In this document: in pieces, positions 18,822 to 27,347 of the stretch
Numbering within the stretch: the stretch's first letter is position 1
Layout: every line of letters starts with the position of its first letter
From: a virus
Virus record (IMG/VR): IMGVR_UViG_3300018080_000175
Location: 2,940-66,939 of that record
Reading direction: 5' to 3' (one strand)
DNA: 64,000 nt
Notes under the pieces: generated by a model
Told to the model about the DNA's origin: nothing
The model's input: only the letters and a program-made list of their open reading frames with translations
The model's database searches: none
Translations under genes and position numbers: made by a program

Positions 18822-19712
18822 ATGTTAGAACACGTAACCATAAAAGGAACTAACTTACCCGACATCTGGCACCAGACCTTATACAAAGCTGTAGAGGTAG
18901 GGAGGGACTTCAAAATTGATCGAGGATCCTTTGCAGGACAACATAGAAAGGAATTCGACCATATCACGATTCATGCAAGCTGTCCTGGTGTAGGTGAACT
19001 CCTTCCCAAATTGAATCCTGCATTAAAATTGGACGATCCGGTAGCTCAGGATTATCTTGATAAATACATGCCCTATCTTATGACGGGAGAAGAACAACCT
19101 GGAGAAGCATACACTTATGGGCAAAGAATCTGCAAAGCCTTGCTTGATGGCACATTTCTGAAACCTATCAATGTTCATACAGAAGAAATATTGATCAAAG
19201 ATCCTGAAATCTGGGAGGCTGACAGAGGTATCATTATTCAGGAAGAAAGCGGAGATAGCACTGAATCCAGTTATTTCCTGAATCAGATGGAACTCATGAT
19301 CTGGACCTACAAATACAAAGGTCACAGGAATAACCAGATGATCATGCAAGTTGGTCAGCCTACTGACATGATGTTACAGGACCCTCCCTGTCTCAGACAT
19401 ATTGACACAAGAGTACAGGATGGAAAACTTCATTTCTTTCCATATTTCCGATCATGGGACTTATGGGGTGGTCTTCCTGCAAACCTTGCGGCAATTGAGT
19501 TGATGAAACAATATTGTGCCGCTCAGATCGGTGTCGAGAATGGCGAAATTATTGCAACCTCTAAAGGACTGCATCTGTACAATTATGTATGGGAAATTGC
19601 TGAATGTGTTCGTGGCAGAACTGCTGAGGAATTTAAAGCCGAAATGGTTAGAAATACCCCAGGTGATTCTCAATACAGAAATGTACAGGAAACACCCTAC
19701 AGGGAGAAATAA
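18822..19712 (+). CDS. thyA: thymidylate synthase-family enzyme (archaeal-like; dUMP-specific Asn retained)
   Basis: YTYGQR, DPPCL (catalytic Cys), YFRSWDLWGGLPAN, GLHLY; start placed at the ATG after AAGGAG. Confidence 0.88.
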   Translation: MLEHVTIKGTNLPDIWHQTLYKAVEVGRDFKIDRGSFAGQHRKEFDHITIHASCPGVGELLPKLNPALKLDDPVAQDYLDKYMPYLMTGEEQPGEAYTYGQRICKALLDGTFLKPINVHTEEILIKDPEIWEADRGIIIQEESGDSTESSYFLNQMELMIWTYKYKGHRNNQMIMQVGQPTDMMLQDPPCLRHIDTRVQDGKLHFFPYFRSWDLWGGLPANLAAIELMKQYCAAQIGVENGEIIATSKGLHLYNYVWEIAECVRGRTAEEFKAEMVRNTPGDSQYRNVQETPYREK

Positions 19713-20089
19713 TGCCTTCGCAACAGAAAGTTCCGATTGAGGAAGTCTGTAGAATACTTGAGCTTCCTGTAAGTGTATGGAAGCTCAATCCTAAAATGGG
19801 TGTAGAACAAGCCCAATCCTTTGTAGAGGAGTTCAAAGAACTTGTCAAAAAACAAAGAAAGATACTTGCAAAGAAATATCATCCTGACAAAACAGGTAGT
19901 GATGATTCAAGAATAAAGCAGATCAATAACATGGTCGATATTGTGATGAAATTGGAAATAACAGCACAAAGAAGACAAAGACCTCAAAATATTCGATTCC
20001 ACTTTACAAGCGCATCTGGAGGAAATTCCACTGCATCATCAGGATATACAGGATCGTATGGTGGTTTTAAATTTTACACCTATAGATAA
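19712..20089 (+). CDS. J-domain-like (HPD motif) protein
   Basis: VKKQRKILAKKYHPDKTG..IKQIN followed by a G/S/F/Y-rich tail. Confidence 0.72.
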   Translation: MPSQQKVPIEEVCRILELPVSVWKLNPKMGVEQAQSFVEEFKELVKKQRKILAKKYHPDKTGSDDSRIKQINNMVDIVMKLEITAQRRQRPQNIRFHFTSASGGNSTASSGYTGSYGGFKFYTYR

Positions 20090-20102
20090 GAAGGAGAGAG
20101 GT

Positions 20103-20618
20103 ATGGAAAAAGTTAAATTAATCAAGATTGAAGAGGTGGAAATATATCCAGGTCAAACCACTCTTGAATTGGACCCTCCATTAGAATCACTGACTGATAG
20201 TTTTGTGTCAATGAATGGAGATTCAATCAATGAAATGACAGTTGAAAGAGAACATGTACCGATCAATTTGTTTATTTATGTAGATGGAATACCTGTTCGT
20301 GAAAGAGAATTGAATGAAAAATCTATTGATCAACTCCTTGCAGATGGGTACACCGTAAGTTCTGAAAGGGATGAATATGTAAAAGAGTTCAAATATAAAA
20401 CCGCAATGACTACAGAAGCAAGAAAATTTCTTGATATGGAGAAGGAGGCAATTAAGGATCTAAAAATGCAGATCAGATCCTTGAATAATGAAATTATAAC
20501 TCTTGAAAAAATGAAAAGAACAGAGCAAAGTTACTCTGGACATCTTGAAAGAAAAATCGAAAAAATGTGGACCACACGCATTAAGAAATTTTTTAAGAAA
20601 CTATTCATAAAAAGTTAG
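20103..20618 (+). CDS. hypothetical coiled-coil protein
   Basis: GGAGAGAGG RBS before MEKVKL. Confidence 0.6.
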   Translation: MEKVKLIKIEEVEIYPGQTTLELDPPLESLTDSFVSMNGDSINEMTVEREHVPINLFIYVDGIPVRERELNEKSIDQLLADGYTVSSERDEYVKEFKYKTAMTTEARKFLDMEKEAIKDLKMQIRSLNNEIITLEKMKRTEQSYSGHLERKIEKMWTTRIKKFFKKLFIKS

Positions 20619-20733
20619 TTCAAAATACAAAAGCACGATTGATTCTCACGTAATTTCTCAGAGTTTCAATCGTGCTTTAGTATGTCTGTATCAATTCAAT
20701 CTAAAAACGTCTTAAATCGAATATTTTGAACTA
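20616..20733. terminator. nested inverted repeats at the convergent junction (likely bidirectional terminator)
   Basis: Inner arms AAAGCACGATTGA 20630-42 / TCAATCGTGCTTT 20666-78; outer arms TAGTTCAAAATA 20616-27 / TATTTTGAACTA 20722-33. Confidence 0.6.
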
Positions 20734-20889
20734 CACTTCTTCCAGTTGGTCAGGCGTATTATTAGCAAATTTATCCTTTTCAGTCTGATAAATCGCATCT
20801 AATTCTTCCTCAGTGGCATCATTCATTTGAGCCAATCGAAAGTAAACTCCCAACGATAGTTTTAAAAGTTCCACAATTGCGGCAGTCAT
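20731..20889 (-). CDS. 52-aa hypothetical protein (not in ORF track)
   Basis: MTAAIVELLKLSLGVYFRLAQMNDATEEELDAIYQTEKDKFANNTPDQLEEV; AAAGGA RBS. Confidence 0.6.
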   Translation of the reverse strand: MTAAIVELLKLSLGVYFRLAQMNDATEEELDAIYQTEKDKFANNTPDQLEEV

Positions 20890-20943
20890 GACATTATCCT
20901 TTTAATGTGTTATCAGTTTCAGGGTGAAGTGTCTGCAATGATA

Positions 20944-21333
20944 TTAGTCAGGGACAAGCAATGCCAATTGGTCGATTAAAGCAAACATTTCAGCCTCAGT
21001 TTGCACCGACATAGGCGTTATCCCTGCTACCATAGAATCATATACTTTTATCAGAGGATGTAATGCAGTAAGGATTTTCTTTTTCTCTCTTAAAATTACC
21101 TTTTTATCCTCTGATAAAACCGGATCATTCACCTTTTCCCATTTGCCATCAACATTCAGAACATAACCAGTGTCCGTCATGTACATAGTGTATTGAGAGT
21201 TGTAAGTCCCATACGCCATTGTTAGTTTTTGTTTAGGGGACATTTCAGCAGGATTCTGAATGCCAGCACATGATGCAAGCACCAAAAGCAACAGAACTGC
21301 CAGAAACGCATTTAAACGATAAAATTTTTTCAC
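20944..21333 (-). CDS. lipoprotein (possible spanin or lysis accessory)
   Basis: GTG start after AGGAGAGG; basic N-terminus, hydrophobic h-region and lipobox LASC. Confidence 0.75.
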   Translation of the reverse strand: MKKFYRLNAFLAVLLLLVLASCAGIQNPAEMSPKQKLTMAYGTYNSQYTMYMTDTGYVLNVDGKWEKVNDPVLSEDKKVILREKKKILTALHPLIKVYDSMVAGITPMSVQTEAEMFALIDQLALLVPD

Positions 21334-21372
21334 TTTCCTCTCCTTCTTGTTATATGATATTAAAATCAACCA

Positions 21373-21951
21373 CTATTTAGCAGTTGCACTATCCTTTGGT
21401 GGTTTTTCATACAAGTCAACTTCCTCAGGCACAAACACTTCTGGGAAATCCTCTTGCAAACTGCATTCATTTTTTCTGTTCTCATTCCATCCCAAAAAAC
21501 CAAATGCTGTCAAAGTGTATGTTGCCACTTTAGAAGCTTTCGGCATACCACTTTCATACGCACAAAGATTGTTGAATATTTCATCCAATTCATCTTTTGT
21601 ATGAGTTTTAAATTCAAGATTACCAAGATAATCGACATAAAGCAAGCCTTTATATCTGTATCCGAAATCATGAGGGGCGGCACCGAGAAGTAGCATTCCT
21701 GTAGGACTGTATAAGTTATTTAGAATTTTTGGAACACTTGCTCCGTCAAAAATGAAGAAAGCAGGAATGAAGATCCATTTTGCAATACTTGGCACCCATA
21801 AAACGTAATCTTCCTGAATCTTGAATTTTCGTCTATATGTTGCAAAATTCCAAATTCGTGTAAATGGGTTTTCTTCAATGACTGTTGGGATTGCTCTTGT
21901 TACCGGAAAGTGTAAATCGGACTTACACTGGGTAAGATCAATTCTTTTCAT
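21373..21951 (-). CDS. DUF1353-family protein
   Basis: IPAFFIFDGASVP..AAPHDFGY..DEIF motif. Confidence 0.75.
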   Translation of the reverse strand: MKRIDLTQCKSDLHFPVTRAIPTVIEENPFTRIWNFATYRRKFKIQEDYVLWVPSIAKWIFIPAFFIFDGASVPKILNNLYSPTGMLLLGAAPHDFGYRYKGLLYVDYLGNLEFKTHTKDELDEIFNNLCAYESGMPKASKVATYTLTAFGFLGWNENRKNECSLQEDFPEVFVPEEVDLYEKPPKDSATAK

Positions 21952-22189
21952 ACAAACTCCTTGATGATATACATTGTAATTCTATCAGAAAGCCTAAAAT
22001 CAGTTTATGTCTTTTCCTTCTATTCGGACATTTAACCTTTTCCAGAATATCTGATTCCTCTGATATTAATTGTACTAATCTTTTGTGTACCTCAACTTCC
22101 GAACTTCTTATTACTTGTGAATCTTGCATCATTAAACAGGTCCCAGTATTTGTGATCAGCTTGTGGATAACGATAAAAGTCCTTGCCAT
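21938..22189 (-). CDS. hypothetical protein (start uncertain)
   Basis: Fills the operon gap and overlaps both neighbours. Confidence 0.4.
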   Translation of the reverse strand: MARTFIVIHKLITNTGTCLMMQDSQVIRSSEVEVHKRLVQLISEESDILEKVKCPNRRKRHKLILGFLIELQCISSRSLYEKN

Positions 22190-22613
22190 TAATTTTTTCT
22201 ACAATCCAAATCAAAGGAGAATTATCATTAAATCCATTTGGTCTAATATCTACATGAAACATGACCCAAGGCAATCCGTCAGGGCCTTTGGTGTCTAAAT
22301 AAATACCTATGCCTTTAAACGTATGCAAGGACAAAATAGATGTGAAAGTAAATATTGGCGAACCTTCACAAAATATATCACATGCAGTTGATTTTCTTAT
22401 TGGCGTTTCTTTTGGTCCAACAAAATGTTGAGAAGTTTGCCTTCCATCATGTCTTGCAAGCGCACCAGAAGCAGATGATGGAAATATTCTTTTTTGCGTG
22501 GAACTTCTTAAATCACTTAATCCGTACATTAATGCAGGTTCAGCAAATATATCTGGATTTTCAGAAAATTCAGAACGAGTTAACCTATACAATGATTCCC
22601 ATCTAATTACCAT
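22092..22613 (-). CDS. peptidase M15A-like zinc peptidase (putative endolysin)
   Basis: R..SQH..ACDI..GIGIY..FHVDIR; start placed at MVIRW. Confidence 0.75.
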   Translation of the reverse strand: MVIRWESLYRLTRSEFSENPDIFAEPALMYGLSDLRSSTQKRIFPSSASGALARHDGRQTSQHFVGPKETPIRKSTACDIFCEGSPIFTFTSILSLHTFKGIGIYLDTKGPDGLPWVMFHVDIRPNGFNDNSPLIWIVEKINGKDFYRYPQADHKYWDLFNDARFTSNKKFGS

Positions 22614-23382
22614 TTTTCTCTTTCTCCATAATAGATTCAATGGTTTCCTCTATGCAATTATCACATTCTCCGTCACAAGATTTTCCTCGTTCAGGAGTAG
22701 GACAAAAGTGATTGAATATTTGACACTTTTTATCTTCCGGACGAATTGCATAACAAAATACTGATTGATCTCGATACAATTTTATGGCACGTTTTGAATA
22801 TATCCATCTATTCAATTGCTTGACGGTGAATTCAGATTTGTCCGTCATATCCCAAGCCATTCCAATTGACCCTACAAATTCGTTATACTCAGTGAATTGT
22901 GGAGTTTTAACAGAGTATAATAAAACCTCTTTTCCGTCTATCATACCAGCTTCTAAGAAATGACAAGTTTCACCTAAATTCTTAACATATGCATCAGATG
23001 CAGTGCAAATTGGTTCAAATGAGTTAGTTATGCCGAACTCTTTTTTATTAATCTCAATAAGTTCTTTGTCACTCCTACCTACGATAGAATCCAAACATTC
23101 ATGCGAAATTTCGTAACCGAAAAACGATTTACAATGTAGTGGATTAGCTAAAAGATAACGATGATCTTTATCTTTTTTCCAAATTAGCACCTGCATTGCT
23201 TCCGTTAACAGGCTTAAAGTAGACACATACTGATGATTCCAGCGAGATAAAGTATTGTATTCATTCTTTAATTCCGCAATCCGTTCTCTTTGATGCTTTA
23301 AAGACTCATGCAATTCTTTCGAGGCAATGTCCGGATTAAAGAAGTTTCGCAGTGAACCCCTAATAGTGGCTATTGACATCAT
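22603..23382 (-). CDS. stand-alone PAS-domain protein with coiled coil and Cys-rich tail
   Basis: VLIWKKDKDHRYLLAN..IVGRSDKEL..SD..V..YSVKTPQF..FVGSIGMAWDMT is a PAS_4/PAC-like pattern. Confidence 0.8.
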   Translation of the reverse strand: MMSIATIRGSLRNFFNPDIASKELHESLKHQRERIAELKNEYNTLSRWNHQYVSTLSLLTEAMQVLIWKKDKDHRYLLANPLHCKSFFGYEISHECLDSIVGRSDKELIEINKKEFGITNSFEPICTASDAYVKNLGETCHFLEAGMIDGKEVLLYSVKTPQFTEYNEFVGSIGMAWDMTDKSEFTVKQLNRWIYSKRAIKLYRDQSVFCYAIRPEDKKCQIFNHFCPTPERGKSCDGECDNCIEETIESIMEKEKNGN

Positions 23383-23390
23383 TCTCCCCC

Positions 23391-23651
23391 TTATTTTTCA
23401 GGTGGATATTTAATTTTATGTTCTATAGGAGCGTCTTCTCGGTGGTATAAAACAGCAGAAGGGTCTTTTTTCATATAACCATAAAGTGCACCGATGCTCG
23501 TGACAAGAAGGAACAGAATAATACCTACAACAAGTTTTGTGACTACTCCTAAAATGCCTGCATTAGTATGTACTAATCTCGAAAGGTCAATGAGCCTATT
23601 CGAATTGATATCTAACTCCTGGAATACCCTGTCAATAATTCGATCATCCAT
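23391..23651 (-). CDS. single-TM membrane protein (holin-like)
   Basis: N-terminal coiled coil followed by LVVGIILFLLVTSIGALYGY. Confidence 0.55.
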   Translation of the reverse strand: MDDRIIDRVFQELDINSNRLIDLSRLVHTNAGILGVVTKLVVGIILFLLVTSIGALYGYMKKDPSAVLYHREDAPIEHKIKYPPEK

Positions 23652-23748
23652 TTTTGAATTCCCTATAAGAGTATGAACAAGTTCAAATCCCTTCGTGTAT
23701 ATTAACTAATATGTAGCAAATAAAATTATAAAAGTAAACACACATTAA

Positions 23749-23875
23749 GGCAGAAAGCCGCCAAACAATCGAAGGACATAAGTGCGTATGCCAGAGTATC
23801 TCCGATTGTTTGGAACTAAATGAGTTCTTCTCCGCCGGCTGGAGTAATGCAGAAAACACTTAGTATGGCTTGCTC
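23749..23875 (-). ncRNA. candidate structured non-coding RNA or cis-regulatory leader
   Basis: 11-bp stem 23761-71/23803-13 extended by G-U pairs on the minus strand, plus three short hairpins; no credible ORF. Confidence 0.4.
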
Positions 23876-23941
23876 TTATTCGATTTACATATCATACGTT
23901 GTCTTTTAATTTAAAATGAGTAAAATCATGCGAGGATTCAC

Positions 23942-24178
23942 TCACGCAGACATTAAAAGCTTATTGATGTATGACATAATGTAAGAGAAAAAGAAAACTA
24001 TCAACCATACAAGTGCCAACTGAAAAATAACAATGTATTTTGCCGGAAATTCAGATGTCATATAGGAATACATCTTTTTAAAACCTTTCTTTCTTTTTCT
24101 TGGAAAAGGTTTTACAAAAATCCAGAAACTTTTCAATAGTATTAAAATGGCAATTGTCGTGATATATTTCTCAATCAT
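23942..24178 (-). CDS. two-TM membrane protein (holin-like)
   Basis: Two hydrophobic segments separated by a basic loop. Confidence 0.55.
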   Translation of the reverse strand: MIEKYITTIAILILLKSFWIFVKPFPRKRKKGFKKMYSYMTSEFPAKYIVIFQLALVWLIVFFFSYIMSYINKLLMSA

Positions 24179-24189
24179 CTTTACTCTCC

Positions 24190-26040
24190 TTAATTTTCTA
24201 TAAGCACCAGATCAAATCCACCTGAAACGCCTGCGTCATTTTCATCCGTATTACATCTTATTTCAATATCGGTCTTTTCTGCAAACTTCTTTGGTTCTGC
24301 ATACAAATGAGGCATGTTACTTGATCCACTTGCATTTATACTGGCATCGTGTTTAAGCTGAAAAACTTGACCGAAGGGACGGGCAAACATTCGTATGTTA
24401 CTGACATTCACACGTTTAGCTCCAGCAAGAGAAGCAAACCAGACTCTCATGTATGCGGTGTATCCTGCCGGTACTGTGTAAATTGCCATCAAAGTCTGAT
24501 TATTTCCTATTGATATAGATGCTCTGCATTTTGTTTCGTCAATAGGGACCCCTGCTGTAAGTGGAGTATTCTCAAAACAAAATACATCCCCTGCAAGATC
24601 TGTGGAACCTACATTCTTTAACCGAAATACACGAATTAAGGAAGTAGTCAAAGCCACTCTTGTCTGTCCTGTTAAAGCAATCGTTTGTATTACCAGATTG
24701 TAATTGACATCAAGACCCTGAACTTCAATTAATTGCGTGTCTCCTGTTGAGGAACTGGATAGAGAATCAATGATAGCTGTCAAGGAATATGTGTACAGCA
24801 TAGCATTAAGTCCAAGACTACTGGCACCATCCCACATTGATACATAACCGTCCACTATATCAAAATCTGGAGCTTTTCCAAATTTATGAATAGTAGTGCT
24901 TCCTACTACATCTCCTTTAGCGATTGCAAGACCATTCTCCGCATCAGAAACTTTCAAGTTGCCAGAAGGGGTAGCTCCTATTGGGATGAGATTTCCATCA
25001 GGCTGAGATCCTTTAATTTGTGATTCTGTTATAATTGCTTTTTGAATGGTGATATTGGATATAGTTACTGTATCAGCGGTAAAAAACTCCATTTTAAGTG
25101 CATTGAAAAGTTGTGGAGGGAATTCATAATTTTTAGAAGTATACTTGGTATTGTTTGTGGAATCATCCAATAAAGTTCTTGTAACTCCACCAGATCCTAT
25201 TAGAGTCAATTTAACATTACTAAAATCCCCTCCACCAGTACAACCAATACCTACCTGTTGTGCATTTACGGTTCTGTTAAAATGCGTTATGATTGTTTTT
25301 GGATTATCGGATGTTGTATTTCTTATTCTTGTGTGGAGATTTGTATATGGAATAACAATAACATGCTCTCCGATATTATCAAGATCAACCCAATCGGTGA
25401 CTACGGATTCATCTTCCCATATATTGTGAGCAAATATAGATCCAGAATCAACAGGCATTGCATGTTGTGTGCCTATGTTATGGTAAGTATCATCATTCTC
25501 ATCCCGAAAGGCTACAACTGATTTGGTGAGTTCTGCATCATCATTACCCGTTACTCTATCTCCAAGCCTATGAGAGGTGGGTTTAGCATAAACATAGGAA
25601 TAAATAGTAGCAAGACTGAAACGAGTTTGATCCGCTGTTCCATTTGTATAAAGTATCCTGAAATACTTTGCAACAGGATTTGGAGTGAATAGTTTAGGAG
25701 TACTGTTCGTATATTCATAAACCTCATTATCAATATCGACCATATCAGGACTTTGCTGAAAGATCAATCCACCTATTGCTCCTGCTTGATCAGAGGAAAT
25801 AAATACCTTGATTATAGCATAGTCTTTTATTAATTCCCATTCACCTGTAAAAGTCTCTCCTGCTGTAAGCACATCAGTGGAAGAATTTCCTTCGGACTCA
25901 ACTCCTTGTTTTCCGGGACCCGGGGCAAAAGTCAAATAACCCTCAGGAGTTATAGCAAGAGTTCTTGGGTTAAGATCATTATCAACAGGAAGTCTTCCTC
26001 TATCTATTCTTGTGGTCAAATGATGAAAAGGGTTAGCCAT
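24190..26040 (-). CDS. modular beta-rich virion accessory protein
   Basis: 616 aa, Thr/Gly/Ser-rich, located in the tail module. Confidence 0.55.
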   Translation of the reverse strand: MANPFHHLTTRIDRGRLPVDNDLNPRTLAITPEGYLTFAPGPGKQGVESEGNSSTDVLTAGETFTGEWELIKDYAIIKVFISSDQAGAIGGLIFQQSPDMVDIDNEVYEYTNSTPKLFTPNPVAKYFRILYTNGTADQTRFSLATIYSYVYAKPTSHRLGDRVTGNDDAELTKSVVAFRDENDDTYHNIGTQHAMPVDSGSIFAHNIWEDESVVTDWVDLDNIGEHVIVIPYTNLHTRIRNTTSDNPKTIITHFNRTVNAQQVGIGCTGGGDFSNVKLTLIGSGGVTRTLLDDSTNNTKYTSKNYEFPPQLFNALKMEFFTADTVTISNITIQKAIITESQIKGSQPDGNLIPIGATPSGNLKVSDAENGLAIAKGDVVGSTTIHKFGKAPDFDIVDGYVSMWDGASSLGLNAMLYTYSLTAIIDSLSSSSTGDTQLIEVQGLDVNYNLVIQTIALTGQTRVALTTSLIRVFRLKNVGSTDLAGDVFCFENTPLTAGVPIDETKCRASISIGNNQTLMAIYTVPAGYTAYMRVWFASLAGAKRVNVSNIRMFARPFGQVFQLKHDASINASGSSNMPHLYAEPKKFAEKTDIEIRCNTDENDAGVSGGFDLVLIEN

Positions 26041-26050
26041 TACGTTCTCC

Positions 26051-26488
26051 TTATATTACACAAGGGATATCCTTCATGGACTCAATAAGGATCTTGCGTT
26101 TAATTTCAAAGTGACAAAAATTGACGGATTTTCTATTCATGCCAGACCATTGAAGTTCTGGACATTCATCAAGAACAAGATTTCCAAATAGTATGTACCA
26201 TGCATTGGTTGTAGAATTTCTTAAATTCCAAGACCATTTTGTATCGAAAAAAACATAATCAACAGCAGTTGCGTAAAGTGGAGGATCATTTTTAAGATCA
26301 TACAAGTGGTGCGAGATTATATCTTTCGTTTTTCCTTTTCTAACAAGCATTTCATGCCTGTCATGTTCTCTACCAGTTTCAAACAGCCTAACTGGGATAT
26401 TGTGAGCATCAATTACCTTTTTCTGAATTCTTCGAACACATTCTGCCATTGTAGGATGTAAATTTTCCAGGCTTCTTTGAATCTTCAT
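26051..26488 (-). CDS. second M15-type (L-Ala-D-Glu peptidase-like) protein
   Basis: LENLHP..LFETGR..SHHL..ATAVD..LQWSG..CHFE. Confidence 0.7.
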   Translation of the reverse strand: MKIQRSLENLHPTMAECVRRIQKKVIDAHNIPVRLFETGREHDRHEMLVRKGKTKDIISHHLYDLKNDPPLYATAVDYVFFDTKWSWNLRNSTTNAWYILFGNLVLDECPELQWSGMNRKSVNFCHFEIKRKILIESMKDIPCVI

Positions 26489-26497
26489 AGTTTATCC

Positions 26498-26776
26498 TTA
26501 GTTGATTCCATTGCCAATTATAAAGTTCTTTGCAATGGGTTCTGATTTGCTTCCCTTCTTTATGATAAAGGAATTATTTGTTTGACCTTCTGTTACAGCA
26601 AGTAAAACAGGATCACCAACTTCCAATGTAAGACTGTTATCCTGAATGGTCATTTTCAAACCATTGGAAGTTTCAATCACATAGATATCATTGGTCTTAA
26701 CTTCTGTTACTGATCCTATTTTATAATCTTGACGAGCATCAGGAGTACCAAACTGTTTTAATATTGAATTATCCAT
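26498..26776 (-). CDS. small OB-fold-like tail tip protein
   Basis: GSVTEV..LEVGDPVLL; tail context. Confidence 0.5.
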   Translation of the reverse strand: MDNSILKQFGTPDARQDYKIGSVTEVKTNDIYVIETSNGLKMTIQDNSLTLEVGDPVLLAVTEGQTNNSFIIKKGSKSEPIAKNFIIGNGIN

Positions 26777-27347
26777 AACTTAAATCAGTATACTCTACCG
26801 TCCCTAAGTGATTTGTCAATGAATCAGCGTTGCCCATAATTACAACTTCCTCAACGTTCGTTAAAACGTCAATTCCTAATCGTGTTGAATTCACTCTGCA
26901 AACATCACCAACTTTAATAGAAGGAATATGTGTTGCCACTCCTATTTCTCTAATCACCTTTATGTGCGTATGAATATTTATTTCTGAGATAGCTCTTGTC
27001 TGAATCAAAGACTCTGATCTGTAAATGCTGTTATTGATATCAGGCAAGTCAATGAATGGAGCAATGCTAAAAATCTTCTCAGGATCTCCATCAGAGCCAG
27101 ATACTTTCAAATGATAGGTCAATTCATCATTGAAAAATGAAATAGATCCACTTTGAACTGGTTCAAACACAACTGATTGAGATGAACCAAAAGGAACACT
27201 ATCCGCTTCTGCAAATATATTAGTTTCTGCCTGAGCATCCGCTAAAGTACTGTATAAGGCAACGTCCATTACAGAACCTATATCTTTTACTACAACATAC
27301 CATTGCTGGTTTGGATTTAGATTCCAATCGTTTATTGAGTAGGGCAT
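26769..27347 (-). CDS. putative tail/baseplate protein
   Basis: C-terminal IPSIKVGDV motif; gene context. Confidence 0.5.
   Translation of the reverse strand: MPYSINDWNLNPNQQWYVVVKDIGSVMDVALYSTLADAQAETNIFAEADSVPFGSSQSVVFEPVQSGSISFFNDELTYHLKVSGSDGDPEKIFSIAPFIDLPDINNSIYRSESLIQTRAISEINIHTHIKVIREIGVATHIPSIKVGDVCRVNSTRLGIDVLTNVEEVVIMGNADSLTNHLGTVEYTDLSYG

Noticed and set aside
9420-20089. Split DnaJ (zinc finger at 9420, J-domain at 19712)
   Set aside because: The genes are 10 kb apart, and CxxCxGxG fingers are common in unrelated small phage proteins.
23676-23695. tRNA T-loop-like GTTCAAATC
   Set aside because: The flanks do not form a T stem or cloverleaf; no tRNA was found by eye in the window.
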